A stretch of DNA of 64,000 nt from NCBI GenBank assembly GCA_963749865.1, contig CAVVOE010000010.1, positions 11,761-75,760 on the forward strand. Reading direction: 5' to 3'. Every line of letters begins with the position of its first letter. Position 1 is the first letter of the stretch. Both the position numbers and the translations under genes were made by a program. The notes beneath the pieces are model-generated. The model was given only the letters and a program-made list of their open reading frames with translations. It had not been told where the DNA came from and did no database searches. This DNA is from an uncultured Actinomycetota bacterium (GTDB lineage Bacteria > Actinomycetota > Actinomycetes > Propionibacteriales > Nocardioidaceae). Shown here piece after piece: positions 27,349 through 36,676 of the stretch.

Positions 27349-28064
27349 GAGGAGAGCGACTCCTGCTGCAGCTGGGTCAGGTCGGCGCAGCCCTTCTCGC
27401 CCAGCGCGAGCAGCGCGTCCAGCTCGGCGCGCGAGAACGCCGCACCCTCGGCGGTGCCCTGCACCTCGACGAACGCGCCGGCGCCGGTCATCACGATGTT
27501 CATGTCGGTCTCGGCACGGACGTCCTCCTCGTAGGGCAGGTCCAGCCGGGGCGAGCCGTCGATGATGCCGACCGAGACCGCGGCCACCGAGCCGGTCAGC
27601 GGTTCGCCCGCCAGCAGCCCTTCGGACCGCAGGTGTGCGACCGCGTCGGCCAGGGCGACGTACGCCCCCGTGATGGAGGCGGTGCGGGTGCCCCCGTCGG
27701 CCTGGAGCACGTCGCAGTCGAGCTGGATGGTGTTCTCCCCGAGCGCCCGGTAGTCGATCACCGCCCGCAACGATCGGCCGATCAGCCGGCTGATCTCGTG
27801 GGTGCGGCCGCCGATCCGGCCCTTCACCGACTCCCGCTCGGAGCGGGTGTTGGTCGAGGCGGGGAGCATGGCGTACTCGGCGGTCACCCAGCCCAGCCCG
27901 GAGCCCTTGCGCCAGCGGGGCACGCCCTCGGCCGCCGAGGCGGCGCACAGCACCCGGGTCCGGCCGAACTCCACCAGCACCGACCCCGCGGCATGGTCCA
28001 GCCAGTGGCGGGTGATCGTCACCGGTCGGAGCTCGTCGTCGGCCCGGCCGTCAGCACGCGTCAT
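27345..28064 (-). CDS. rph: Ribonuclease PH
   Basis: [45 protein letters not shown]. Start taken at ATG 28064. Confidence 0.92.
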   Translation of the reverse strand: MTRADGRADDELRPVTITRHWLDHAAGSVLVEFGRTRVLCAASAAEGVPRWRKGSGLGWVTAEYAMLPASTNTRSERESVKGRIGGRTHEISRLIGRSLRAVIDYRALGENTIQLDCDVLQADGGTRTASITGAYVALADAVAHLRSEGLLAGEPLTGSVAAVSVGIIDGSPRLDLPYEEDVRAETDMNIVMTGAGAFVEVQGTAEGAAFSRAELDALLALGEKGCADLTQLQQESLSS

Positions 28065-28297
28065 GCGAGCGACCCTAGGACAAGGCAACCCGGAGCCGCC
28101 CGCACCGGTCGGCCTTCTGGGTCCGCGGCGACTCGGGCTACACCTCGATCCTGACTCGCACCCGGTCCGGCGAGCCGGAGGGCACGGTGCTCATCCAGTT
28201 CCCTGACGACAACGGCTGGGACCGGCAGACGATGCTCGAGTTCCTTGCCGGCGTGCATGTCGGGCCAGGTGCCGAGCAGGGCGTCGGCTGGCTACCG

Positions 28298-29080
28298 CTA
28301 CTTCACCTCGGCCCGCAGGATCCGCCACATACCGATGCCCAGCGGCAGAGCGAGCCAGATGAACCCGGACACCAGCAGGTGCGACCACTCCTCGGTGCCG
28401 TAGAGGTTCCACTCGTAGATGTCGTCCTGCGCGGCCTGGAAGTCGAGCCACGGCGCGACCGAGTGGAACCAGTCGCTGATTGAGCCCAGCGCGGCGAAGA
28501 CCCCGGGCAACACGAACCTGTAGACCACGAAGAGCACGATCGACGCGGGCGTGTTGAGCAGCAGCGTGGCGATGGCGAAGCCACCCACCATCGCCAGCGA
28601 CTGGGTGACGAAGAAGCCGGCGGTGTTGCCGCCACTGAGCTGCCACGAGGTCTGGTCGGGCTGGACCAGCTCGCAGACGGCCGTGAACAGCAGTCCGATC
28701 ACGAAGGCCGCCACCAGGTTGAGCACGGTGAGCAGCAGCGCGGCAACCAGCTTCGCGACCACCACCCGGGACCGCCGCGGCTCCAGAGTGAAGGTGACCA
28801 GCGCACTGCGCTGGCTCCACTCGCTGGTGACCAGCATGATCGCCAGGAACGGGAGCAGGAACGACATCATGTACGCCGCGATCCCGACGAAGTCGTCGAG
28901 GATGACCGGGTCGGTGCGGGCCAGCGTGATGCCCAGGGCGATGCCCAGCACGACGACCACGATCGAGATGATCGCCGCGAGCAGCCAGAAGCCGGCTCGG
29001 GTGTCGCGTGCCTTGCGCAGCTCGACCGCTACCAGCCGCGTGAAAGGCACGCGGCTGGTGGCGGTGATGTCGAGCTGCAT
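28298..29080 (-). CDS. ABC-2 type transporter permease (paralogue B)
   Basis: Six TM segments. Shares the VTSE.SQR..LVTFTLEPRR motif with the upstream paralogue. Confidence 0.75.
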   Translation of the reverse strand: MQLDITATSRVPFTRLVAVELRKARDTRAGFWLLAAIISIVVVVLGIALGITLARTDPVILDDFVGIAAYMMSFLLPFLAIMLVTSEWSQRSALVTFTLEPRRSRVVVAKLVAALLLTVLNLVAAFVIGLLFTAVCELVQPDQTSWQLSGGNTAGFFVTQSLAMVGGFAIATLLLNTPASIVLFVVYRFVLPGVFAALGSISDWFHSVAPWLDFQAAQDDIYEWNLYGTEEWSHLLVSGFIWLALPLGIGMWRILRAEVK

Positions 29081-29082
29081 CC

Positions 29083-29883
29083 CTACTTGAATTCGATGCG
29101 CAGCAGCCGCCAGATGCCGATCACCAGCGGGATGATCAGCCAGATCGTGCCGGAGGTGGCGATCTGGGCCCACTCCTCCCCGGTCGGTGAGTAGGGGCTG
29201 GAGATCAGCGGAGCCTGGGCGGTGTTGAACTCGATCCACGGCGCCAGGTCTTCGAAGGTGTCGCTGATCAGTCCCAGGAGACCCACCGCCGTGGGCAGGA
29301 TCAGGGTGAAGGCGAAGTACGCCACGATCGCCCCCGCCGTGTTCATGATCAGCATCGCGAGAGCGAAGCCGACGAAGATGCCGATCATCGTGGACAGGAA
29401 CAGGGCGTTGAACACCAGGCCCCCGTCGAGGGACCACGACGGGTCGCTCCCGGTGACGATGCCCAACAGCGTCCCGAGCATGGCCAGGACGACGGCGAGC
29501 ACCATCACACCGACTGCGAGGGCGATGCCGGCGAGGAACTTGGCGAGCACCATGCGTGGTCGGCGTGGTTCCAGGGTGAAGGTCACCAGGCCGTTGCGCT
29601 GGCTGGCCTCGCTCGTCACCAGCATGATGATGACGATCGGCAGGAAGTACCCGAGGACGGCGCCGGGGATCTGGATGAAGTCCTGGAGGTTCTTGTCCGC
29701 GTCGTTGGCCGCGAACGCGTAGATCACCTCGATGATGACGACGAGCCCGAGGATGGCGATCACGAGCCAGCGGCCGGCTCGGGTGTCGAGCGCCTTGCGT
29801 ATCTCGACCTTGACCAGCCGGCTCAGCGGGACGCGGGCGGTGCCGGCGATGTCGAGGTTCAGCGGTGCAGTGGTGGCACTCAT
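29083..29883 (-). CDS. ABC-2 type transporter permease (paralogue A)
   Basis: Same architecture as 28298-29080. The ATG overlaps the ATPase stop (ATGA). Confidence 0.75.
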   Translation of the reverse strand: MSATTAPLNLDIAGTARVPLSRLVKVEIRKALDTRAGRWLVIAILGLVVIIEVIYAFAANDADKNLQDFIQIPGAVLGYFLPIVIIMLVTSEASQRNGLVTFTLEPRRPRMVLAKFLAGIALAVGVMVLAVVLAMLGTLLGIVTGSDPSWSLDGGLVFNALFLSTMIGIFVGFALAMLIMNTAGAIVAYFAFTLILPTAVGLLGLISDTFEDLAPWIEFNTAQAPLISSPYSPTGEEWAQIATSGTIWLIIPLVIGIWRLLRIEFK

Positions 29884-30821
29884 GCCTGGGCTCCTTCGGT
29901 GGCAGCGGGCGCCGCAGCGACCGGCGCGAGCTCGTCGCGCTGGCTGTCTTCGGTGAGGGTGAGGAACAGCTCTTCGAGGCCTCCGTCGCCCGAGCGCAGG
30001 TCGGTGAGCACGATGCCGTGCTCGACCGAGACCCGGCCGACGTCGACCGGTGGAGCGTCGACCCGCAGGCCGCTGCCCGCGGGGGTCACGGTGACGCCCT
30101 TGTCGCGGAGCGTCTTGGCCAGCAGTTCGTTGTCGAGCGCGGTGACCAGGCTGATCTTGTGGTCGGCGTTCGCCAGCAGCTCGTCCTTGGTGCCGCTCGC
30201 GACGATCTTGCCCCGGCCGATGAGGATCATCTCGTCGGCGATCTGCTCGACCTCGTTGAGCAGGTGGCTGGAGAGCAGCACCGTGCCGCCGCGGTCGGAG
30301 TACGACTTGAGCAGCCCTCGCATCCAGCGGATGCCGGCCGGGTCGAGGCCGTTGGCGGGCTCGTCGAGGATCAGCACCGAGGGGTCGCCGAGCAGGGCGT
30401 GGGCGATGCCGAGCCGTTGCTTCATGCCGAGCGAGTAGTTCCGCAGCCGGCGCTTGGCCTCGGTCTGGTCGAGGGACACCAGTTCGAGCATCTCGTCGAT
30501 GCGGGAGAGCGGCAGGCCCATGGTCTGGGCGCCGATGGTGAGGATCTCGCGGCCGGTGCGGCCCGCGTGCTGGGCGGAGGCGTCGAGGAGGACGCCGACG
30601 TGCCGGCCGGGGTTGGGGATGTCGTGGTAGAGGTGGCCTCCGATCGTGACCCGCCCGTGCGTGGCCGGGGTGAGGCCGACCATGACGCGCATCGTGGTCG
30701 TCTTGCCGGCGCCGTTGGGGCCGAGGAACCCGGTCACCCGGCCGGGCTGGCAGACGAAGCTGACGTCGTCGACGGCGGTGAAGGCGCCGTACTTCCGGGT
30801 GAGTCCTTCGACAATGATCAT
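29880..30821 (-). CDS. ABC transporter ATP-binding protein (ABC-2/DrrA-like)
   Basis: GPNGAGKTTT, YSLGMKQRLGIA, LILDEP. Start taken at ATG 30821 (MIIVEGLTRKYG). Confidence 0.85.
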   Translation of the reverse strand: MIIVEGLTRKYGAFTAVDDVSFVCQPGRVTGFLGPNGAGKTTTMRVMVGLTPATHGRVTIGGHLYHDIPNPGRHVGVLLDASAQHAGRTGREILTIGAQTMGLPLSRIDEMLELVSLDQTEAKRRLRNYSLGMKQRLGIAHALLGDPSVLILDEPANGLDPAGIRWMRGLLKSYSDRGGTVLLSSHLLNEVEQIADEMILIGRGKIVASGTKDELLANADHKISLVTALDNELLAKTLRDKGVTVTPAGSGLRVDAPPVDVGRVSVEHGIVLTDLRSGDGGLEELFLTLTEDSQRDELAPVAAAPAATEGAQA

Positions 30822-30952
30822 GGCACCCAGCCTGCCCGAGTCCGCCAGGGCTCCGCATCGGCAAAACGTCATGGAGTCGGACAGACGAAAGTAGGGGGCG
30901 GCGGCGACCCGCGGCGCCTGCGCGAGGACTCCGGTCCGCCTAGCCTGATCGG

Positions 30953-32116
30953 GTGGCAGAGGACTGCGAGCGTCCCGCGCCGGAGGCCTACCAGCCTCGG
31001 GTGTCGGTGTGGGGACACACCTGGCGCCTGGTCCTGGTGCTCTCCCTCAGCGCCGGCGGCTGGCTGCCGCTGGTGGACGACCAGTCCGAGGAGATGTGGG
31101 CCCTCGACGTGGGGCTCGGCCTGGTCGGCTACGTGCTGGTCTTCGGGTTCCGGCGCCGGTGGCCGGTGCCGATCGCGCTCGCGGTCGGCCTGCTCGCCGG
31201 TGCGTCCGCGATCGCCAGCGGCCCGGCCGTGCTGGCGGCGGTGTCGGTGGCCACCCGGCGGCGGTGGCGCGAGATCGCACTCGTGGGCTCCGTGGGCTTC
31301 GCCGCCGCACAGTTCTTCGTCACGTGGCAGCCGGGCCCCGGCGGCGAGCCGTTCTGGTTGAACCTGAGCATCAACGCCGTCGCCACCGCGGCCATGCTCG
31401 GGTGGGGCATGTACATCGGCTCGCGGCGCGAGCTGATCTGGACGCTGAAGCATCGCGCGGAGAGCGCCGAGGCCGAGCAGGAGCTGCGAATGGCCCAGGC
31501 CCGCGCCAACGAGCGGGCCCGGATCGCGCGCGAGATGCACGACGTCCTCGCCCACCGCATCTCCCAGGTCTCGATGCACGCGGGGGCGCTGGAGTTCCGC
31601 GAGGACCTCACGCCGGAGGAGGTGCGCACCAGCGCCGCCGTGATCCGCGAGAAGGCGCACGAGGCGCTCACCGACCTGCGTGGCGTCCTGGGTGTGCTGC
31701 GCAGCGCGGACGGCGAGGCGGCGCTGGTTCCACAGCCGACGTACGCCGACATCGACGACCTGGTCGTGGAGGCGCGGCTGAGCGGGCTGAACGTGGAGTT
31801 GCACGACGGCGTGACGGCGCCGGCCGAGGTGCCGGAGGCCGCAGGGCGGACGGTCTACCGGATCGTGCAGGAGGGGATCACCAACGCCCGCAAGCACGCA
31901 CCGGGGACGCTCGTCGTCGTGGAGCTCACCGGCTCGCCCGAGGACGGCCTCGACGTGGTGATGCGCAACCCGCTCGGCTTCGGCAGCGCCACGCCCGGCT
32001 CCGGGCTGGGCCTGGTCGGGCTCTCCGAGCGGGCCGAGCTGCGCGGCGGCCGCCTCGAGGCGCGCCGCGAAGGCACCAGCTTCGTGCTGCACGGCTGGAT
32101 CCCGTGGGCGGCATGA
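30953..32116 (+). CDS. Sensor histidine kinase, HisKA_3 family
   Basis: N-terminal TM segments, RARIAREMHDVLAHRISQ H-box, and a C-terminal HATPase_c domain (GLGLVGL). Confidence 0.85.
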   Translation: MAEDCERPAPEAYQPRVSVWGHTWRLVLVLSLSAGGWLPLVDDQSEEMWALDVGLGLVGYVLVFGFRRRWPVPIALAVGLLAGASAIASGPAVLAAVSVATRRRWREIALVGSVGFAAAQFFVTWQPGPGGEPFWLNLSINAVATAAMLGWGMYIGSRRELIWTLKHRAESAEAEQELRMAQARANERARIAREMHDVLAHRISQVSMHAGALEFREDLTPEEVRTSAAVIREKAHEALTDLRGVLGVLRSADGEAALVPQPTYADIDDLVVEARLSGLNVELHDGVTAPAEVPEAAGRTVYRIVQEGITNARKHAPGTLVVVELTGSPEDGLDVVMRNPLGFGSATPGSGLGLVGLSERAELRGGRLEARREGTSFVLHGWIPWAA

Positions 32117-32766
32117 TCACCCGCCTGCTGGTCGTCGACGACGACCCCCTGGTCCGCTCGGCCCTGGTGCTGATGCTCGGCGGCCAGCCGGACCTCGTGG
32201 TGGTCGGCGAGGCGGCCGATGGTCGCGAGGCGCTGCGGCGGGTCGACGAGCTGCGGCCCGGCGTGGTGCTGATGGACATCCGGATGCCGCGGATGAGTGG
32301 CCTCGAGGCGACCCGCGCTCTGCACCAGCGACCCGACCCGCCGCACGTGATCGTGCTGACGACCTTCGACGCCGACGAGCACGTGGTCGGGGCGCTGGCT
32401 GCGGGGGCGGACGGCTTCCTGCTCAAGGACACTCCCCCGCCGCAGATCCTCGAGGCGATCCGGGCGGTGGCGGACGGCGACCCGATGCTGTCCCCGTCGG
32501 TGACCCGCACCCTGATCGAGCGGATCCGCGACGACTCGGGCGACGACCGCGGCGAGGTGGCGCGGCTGCGCCTCGGGGTCCTCACCGAGCGCGAGCACGA
32601 CGTCGCGCTCGCGGTCGGCCGCGGCCTCACCAACGCCGAGATCGCCCGCGAGCTGCACCTGTCCGTGCCGACCGTGAAGGCGCACGTCTCCCGGCTCTTC
32701 GACAAGCTCCACGTCACCAACCGGGTGCAGATCGCGATCTGCGTGCACGACGCGGGCCTGGTCTAG
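32113..32766 (+). CDS. NarL/LuxR-family response regulator
   Basis: REC domain (LLVVDDDPL..DIRMP..K) plus a LuxR HTH (LTEREHDVALAVGRGLTNAEIAREL). ATGA overlap with the kinase gene. Confidence 0.9.
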   Translation: MITRLLVVDDDPLVRSALVLMLGGQPDLVVVGEAADGREALRRVDELRPGVVLMDIRMPRMSGLEATRALHQRPDPPHVIVLTTFDADEHVVGALAAGADGFLLKDTPPPQILEAIRAVADGDPMLSPSVTRTLIERIRDDSGDDRGEVARLRLGVLTEREHDVALAVGRGLTNAEIARELHLSVPTVKAHVSRLFDKLHVTNRVQIAICVHDAGLV

Positions 32767-32817
32767 CCCGCCACGCAATCGGCCACAGACGGCGATGGCT
32801 CCGCGTACCGTCATCGC

Positions 32818-33606
32818 GTGGGCCTGCGTCACGTCGCCGTCGCGACGACCTTCGCATTGGTGGGCGCGACGCTCGCTGCGGGCCCGGCCCAGGCGAGGCC
32901 CGAGGTCGACCAGGAGGTCCGGGTGGCGCCGGCGGTCCAGGTGATCCAGCTCCGCGACGGCGACCACCTTCCGGCCACCATCTCGACCACTGTGCCCCCC
33001 GGTGGCACCTCGATGATCACCACGCCCACCCTCAGCAAGGACACCAAGTCGCTCACGGTGACCGTCAAGCCGAAGAATGGCGACGCAGTCGACGGGGACA
33101 CCTACGACCGGTTCGTCAACACCATCGCCTCGCTGTCCAAGGGCCAGAAGCTGCTGGTCTGCACGATGATGTATCAGTCGCTCGTCACGCCCCAGGACAC
33201 CTATACCGGCGAGTTCGAGGTGGACGCCTTCTTCGCCACCATCGCCGGGGCGGTGCTTCTCGCCTGCCTGCACCTGGCGGGACTGATCAAGCGATCCAGC
33301 GCCCAGGCCCGCTCGTCTGCCGCCGGCGGGAAGTGCGGTCAGGTTCGGCCGAGCCTGCCGGTGACGGTGCAGAAGGTCGCCGGCGGCTACTCGGTGAAGG
33401 GGTCGGGAACGCCGAAGAAGACCAAGAAGCCGACGCTGAAGGTCAAGTGCAAGGTGACCGGCGACCAGGTGCGCTACACGATCCGGGCCGCCAAGAAGGG
33501 CCAGTCGCTGCGGAAGGCCGGCGGCAAGAAGATCAGCGTCGGGATCATGAGCCCTGCGGACGCCGCGACCAGCGAGCCGGTCCAGGTCACCTTCTCCACG
33601 CCCTGA
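32818..33606 (+). CDS. Secreted hypothetical protein with Lys-rich C-terminal half
   Basis: Signal-like VATTFALVGATLAAGPAQA. No family recognised. GC3 is high. Confidence 0.55.
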   Translation: MGLRHVAVATTFALVGATLAAGPAQARPEVDQEVRVAPAVQVIQLRDGDHLPATISTTVPPGGTSMITTPTLSKDTKSLTVTVKPKNGDAVDGDTYDRFVNTIASLSKGQKLLVCTMMYQSLVTPQDTYTGEFEVDAFFATIAGAVLLACLHLAGLIKRSSAQARSSAAGGKCGQVRPSLPVTVQKVAGGYSVKGSGTPKKTKKPTLKVKCKVTGDQVRYTIRAAKKGQSLRKAGGKKISVGIMSPADAATSEPVQVTFSTP

Positions 33607-33608
33607 GG

Positions 33609-34370
33609 TCAGAGCTCGTAGACGGCTCCGGCCTCGGCCAGGTCAGCGGGGCCGTCCCAGACCTTCTGGGCCGCCGCGAGCATGTCGCGCGGGTCGTACC
33701 ACGGCGGCACGTGCGTGATCAGCAGCCGGCCGACTCCGGCGTCCCGCGCGGTCTCGCCGCAGTCGGTGCCGGTGAGGTGGATCCCGGGCGGGTTGTCTGC
33801 CTCGTGGTGGAACGACGCCTCGGCGAGCAGCAGGTCGGCACCCCGGGCCACTCGGGCGAGCTGCGGGCAGCGACCGGTGTCACCCGTGTAGGCCAGCAGC
33901 CGGCCGCCCGAGGACACCCGCAGGCCGTAGGCCTCGACGGGGTGGTCGACGGGCGTCGCCTCGACGATGAACGGGCCGATCCGCACGGGCTCGCTGGGCA
34001 TCCACGGCCGGAAGTCGAACTCGACGGTCATGCCGGGGTTCTCCGGCAGGTCGTAGGCGCGGGCCATCCGCCCCGCGGTGTCGAGCGGCCCGTAGACGGG
34101 CAGGCGGGGCTGCGCGCCGGCCGGGTGGTACTTGCGCAGCACGTAGTAGCCGCACAGGTCGAGGCAGTGGTCGGCGTGCAGGTGGCTCAGAAGCACGGCG
34201 TCGATCGACAGCGGGTCGGCATACCGGTGCAGCGCCCCGAGCGCGCCGTTGCCGAGGTCCATGACGAGCCGCCAGGTGCGACCCTCGTGCTCGGCCTCGA
34301 GGAGGTAGCAGGAGGCGGGCGAGTCCGGGCCGGCGTACGAGCCCGAGCAGCCGACGACGGTGAGCCTCAA
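33609..34370 (-). CDS. MBL-fold metallo-hydrolase (Rv1339-like)
   Basis: [12 protein letters not shown] metal motif. Located next to murI and rph, as in mycobacteria. Confidence 0.8.
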   Translation of the reverse strand: MRLTVVGCSGSYAGPDSPASCYLLEAEHEGRTWRLVMDLGNGALGALHRYADPLSIDAVLLSHLHADHCLDLCGYYVLRKYHPAGAQPRLPVYGPLDTAGRMARAYDLPENPGMTVEFDFRPWMPSEPVRIGPFIVEATPVDHPVEAYGLRVSSGGRLLAYTGDTGRCPQLARVARGADLLLAEASFHHEADNPPGIHLTGTDCGETARDAGVGRLLITHVPPWYDPRDMLAAAQKVWDGPADLAEAGAVYEL

Positions 34371-35230
34371 GAGAGGCCGCCGGCGAACTGGCTCGCAGCC
34401 ATCATCTCGGCGCCCAGGAACCGGCGGCCGATGGTCTCGAACTCTTCAGGCGCGCCGGTGGTCGAGAACGTGTACGACGGGTCGCCGGACGGGCGCATCA
34501 GGCCGGTGCCGGTGAGCATCTTGTAGACGTCCTTGGCGCACTCCTCCGCGCTGCTGACCAGGGTGACGTCGTCGCCCATGACGTAGGAGATGACGCCGGT
34601 CAGCAGCGGGTAGTGGGTGCAGCCGAGGATCAGGGTGTCCACGCCGGCCGCGGTCAGCGGGTCGAGGTACTCGTGCGCGACGGAGAGCAGCCCCTCGCCG
34701 CCGGTCACCCCCGCCTCCACGAAGTCGACGAACCGCGGGCAGGCCTGGGTGGTCAGGTCGATGTGCGGGGCGGCGGCGAACGCGTCCTCGTAGGCCATCG
34801 ACTCGGCGGTCGCGTGCGTGCAGATCACGCCGATCCGGCCGGTCCTGCTGGCCGCGACCGCCCGCCGGGTGGCCGGCAGGATCACCTCGACCACCGGCAC
34901 GTCGTACCGCTCCCGGGCGTCGCGGAGCATGGCCGCGCTGGCCGAGTTGCAGGCGATCACCAGCGCCTTGACGCCCTGCTCGTAGAGGTGGTCGAGACAC
35001 TCGAGGGCGTACTCGCGCACCTCGGCGATCGGCTTGGGCCCGTAGGGCTGGCGCGCGGTGTCGCCGAGGTAGTGGACGGACTCGTGCGGGAGCTGGTCGA
35101 TGACCGACCGCGCCACGGTGAGACCGCCGAACCCGGAGTCGAAGATCCCGATCGGGGCGTCAACGGCGGGCACGACCAGCAAGGGTAGGCGGCGTACCGC
35201 CCCATCGCACCGTGTCGTCGCGCACGTCAC
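34367..35230 (-). CDS. murI: Glutamate racemase
   Basis: [29 protein letters not shown]. The start may instead be GTG 35173. Confidence 0.9.
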   Translation of the reverse strand: MTCATTRCDGAVRRLPLLVVPAVDAPIGIFDSGFGGLTVARSVIDQLPHESVHYLGDTARQPYGPKPIAEVREYALECLDHLYEQGVKALVIACNSASAAMLRDARERYDVPVVEVILPATRRAVAASRTGRIGVICTHATAESMAYEDAFAAAPHIDLTTQACPRFVDFVEAGVTGGEGLLSVAHEYLDPLTAAGVDTLILGCTHYPLLTGVISYVMGDDVTLVSSAEECAKDVYKMLTGTGLMRPSGDPSYTFSTTGAPEEFETIGRRFLGAEMMAASQFAGGLS

Positions 35231-35292
35231 GCCCGCGACCCCTATCTTCCGATTGTCCTGACAACGAGCGGCCTGCGGAGCAGGCTGTTCCC

Positions 35293-36000
35293 ATGGCGGA
35301 CTCGCCTGAGCAGGAGCTCGTTGAGGCGCTGAGGCAGAAGGAGGCCGCGGAGGACGCCCTCCGCGACCTGCAGGCGCGCGTCAACAACGCCCAGCAGCTG
35401 GCCAACATGGGCGACTACGACTGGGAGATCGCCACCGACACGAACACGTGGTCGGACCAGCTGTTCCGCATCTACGGACACGAGCCGGGGGCCTTCGCAC
35501 CGACGTACGAGCGGTTCCTGTCGATGATCCACCCCGAGGACCAGGAGCGGATCAAGAGGATCCACCAGAGCGCGTACGCCACCGGCGAGCCCTACGAGAT
35601 GGTCGAGCGGATCGTCCGGCCCGACGGCGAGGTCCGGTACCTGTCGTCCAACGGCCAGGTGGTCACCGACGAGCACGGCAACCCGCTGCGGCTGCGCGGA
35701 ACATGCATCGACGTCACCGACCGGGTGGTGGCCGACGAGGAGCGCGAGCGACACGCCGCCCGCGTCCACGAGGAGCAGACCCGCCGCCAGGCCGCGCTCG
35801 AGATCAACGACAGCGTGGTGCAGGGGCTGACCGCCGCGCTGTACGCGCTCGAGCTCGAGGACACCGACGCGGTCAAGGACTACGTACGCCGCACGCTCGA
35901 CTCGGCGCGCGCGATCATCACCGACCTGGTCGGCCCCATCAAGGGCCCGATCGCCCCGGGCGACCTGGTCCGCACGTCACCGTCCTCGCTCGGCGAGTGA
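35293..36000 (+). CDS. PAS domain protein with degenerate HisKA_3-like helix (His replaced by Asn), no ATPase domain
   Basis: Coiled coil, then PAS ([35 protein letters not shown]), then [24 protein letters not shown]. The protein ends after about 40 further residues. Confidence 0.7.
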   Translation: MADSPEQELVEALRQKEAAEDALRDLQARVNNAQQLANMGDYDWEIATDTNTWSDQLFRIYGHEPGAFAPTYERFLSMIHPEDQERIKRIHQSAYATGEPYEMVERIVRPDGEVRYLSSNGQVVTDEHGNPLRLRGTCIDVTDRVVADEERERHAARVHEEQTRRQAALEINDSVVQGLTAALYALELEDTDAVKDYVRRTLDSARAIITDLVGPIKGPIAPGDLVRTSPSSLGE

Positions 36001-36051
36001 CCGCCGGGCTTGGGACGTCATGCGGTTTGAGCGTCCGTGGCCCAAGAACGT

Positions 36052-36369
36052 ATGACGTCCTGCCGCGAGTGGCATCTTGCCTCCGAGGTCGAGTCACGCG
36101 CGCAGGAGATCCCAGCCGAGGTGTCGTGGCCGCGAGCCACTGCGGAGCTGGTGGCGGCACCGCCGCTGGATGACCCCGGGGGGCCAGTCCTCTTCCTCAC
36201 CGAGGTCGAAGACGCTCGTCGCGCGACCATGGAGGCGCTGGATCGAGCAGCCGCGACGGGTGCGGCGGTGGTCGTCGTCAGCCAGCCGCCGGGCGACGAA
36301 GCCTTGGCTGCCGGACTTCGCTCCGCCGGCTTCGTCAGGCACTGTAATTTCTTCGAAGGCACGGTCTGA
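36052..36369 (+). CDS. Hypothetical protein (about 105 aa)
   Basis: Open frame with moderate GC3 and no family recognised. The start is uncertain (36037 or 36052). Confidence 0.35.
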   Translation: MTSCREWHLASEVESRAQEIPAEVSWPRATAELVAAPPLDDPGGPVLFLTEVEDARRATMEALDRAAATGAAVVVVSQPPGDEALAAGLRSAGFVRHCNFFEGTV

Positions 36370-36405
36370 CGGCCTGGCGCCCATTCGTAGGCGATACTGG
36401 AGACG

Positions 36406-36618
36406 ATGACAACTCCAGTAAGGCGGCATCTGGCCACTAGCCCGTTCCGGCCCGACCCCGTCCAAATCATTGAGCAGTACGCGCTGAACGACCTCGTCTC
36501 GCACGACTCATACGGGATGGGTCGAGTCGTGGAGGTGGAAGCAGCCGCGGTGACGGTCGACTTCCGCTCCCAGACGGTTCGCATCGCGAGCCCCTTCCAC
36601 AAGATGACCAGACTGTAG
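36406..36618 (+). CDS. Small hypothetical protein, Tudor/DUF3553-like (resembles PcrA/UvrD C-terminal tail)
   Basis: GGAG lies upstream of the ATG. NDLVSHDSYGMGRVVEVEAAAVTVDFRSQTVRI resembles the GDRV.H..FG.G.V...F motif. Confidence 0.45.
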   Translation: MTTPVRRHLATSPFRPDPVQIIEQYALNDLVSHDSYGMGRVVEVEAAAVTVDFRSQTVRIASPFHKMTRL

Positions 36619-36640
36619 AAAGACCCGCGACCAGCACGAA

Positions 36641-36676
36641 CTTCAGTCGAACAGCCCGCTTCAGTCGAACAGCCTC
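36641..36676. repeat. 18-bp tandem duplication of the prs 3' terminus
   Basis: CTTCAGTCGAACAGCCCG is followed directly by CTTCAGTCGAACAGCCTC. The second copy holds the real prs stop codon. Confidence 0.85.

Noticed and set aside
25878-28300. tRNA-adjacent genomic island or prophage.
   Set aside because: I recognise no integrase, excisionase, phage or transposase genes within several kb on either side of the tRNA. There is no direct repeat of the tRNA 3' end. The flanking genes (bcp, BASS transporter, rdgB, rph) are housekeeping.
36013-36060. GGACGTCAT ... ATGACGTCC as the terminator of the PAS gene.
   Set aside because: The arms are only 9 bp, with a 30-nt loop and no U tract. Each arm is built around the self-complementary GACGTC, so direct and inverted readings are both possible. 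The second arm also overlaps a candidate start codon.
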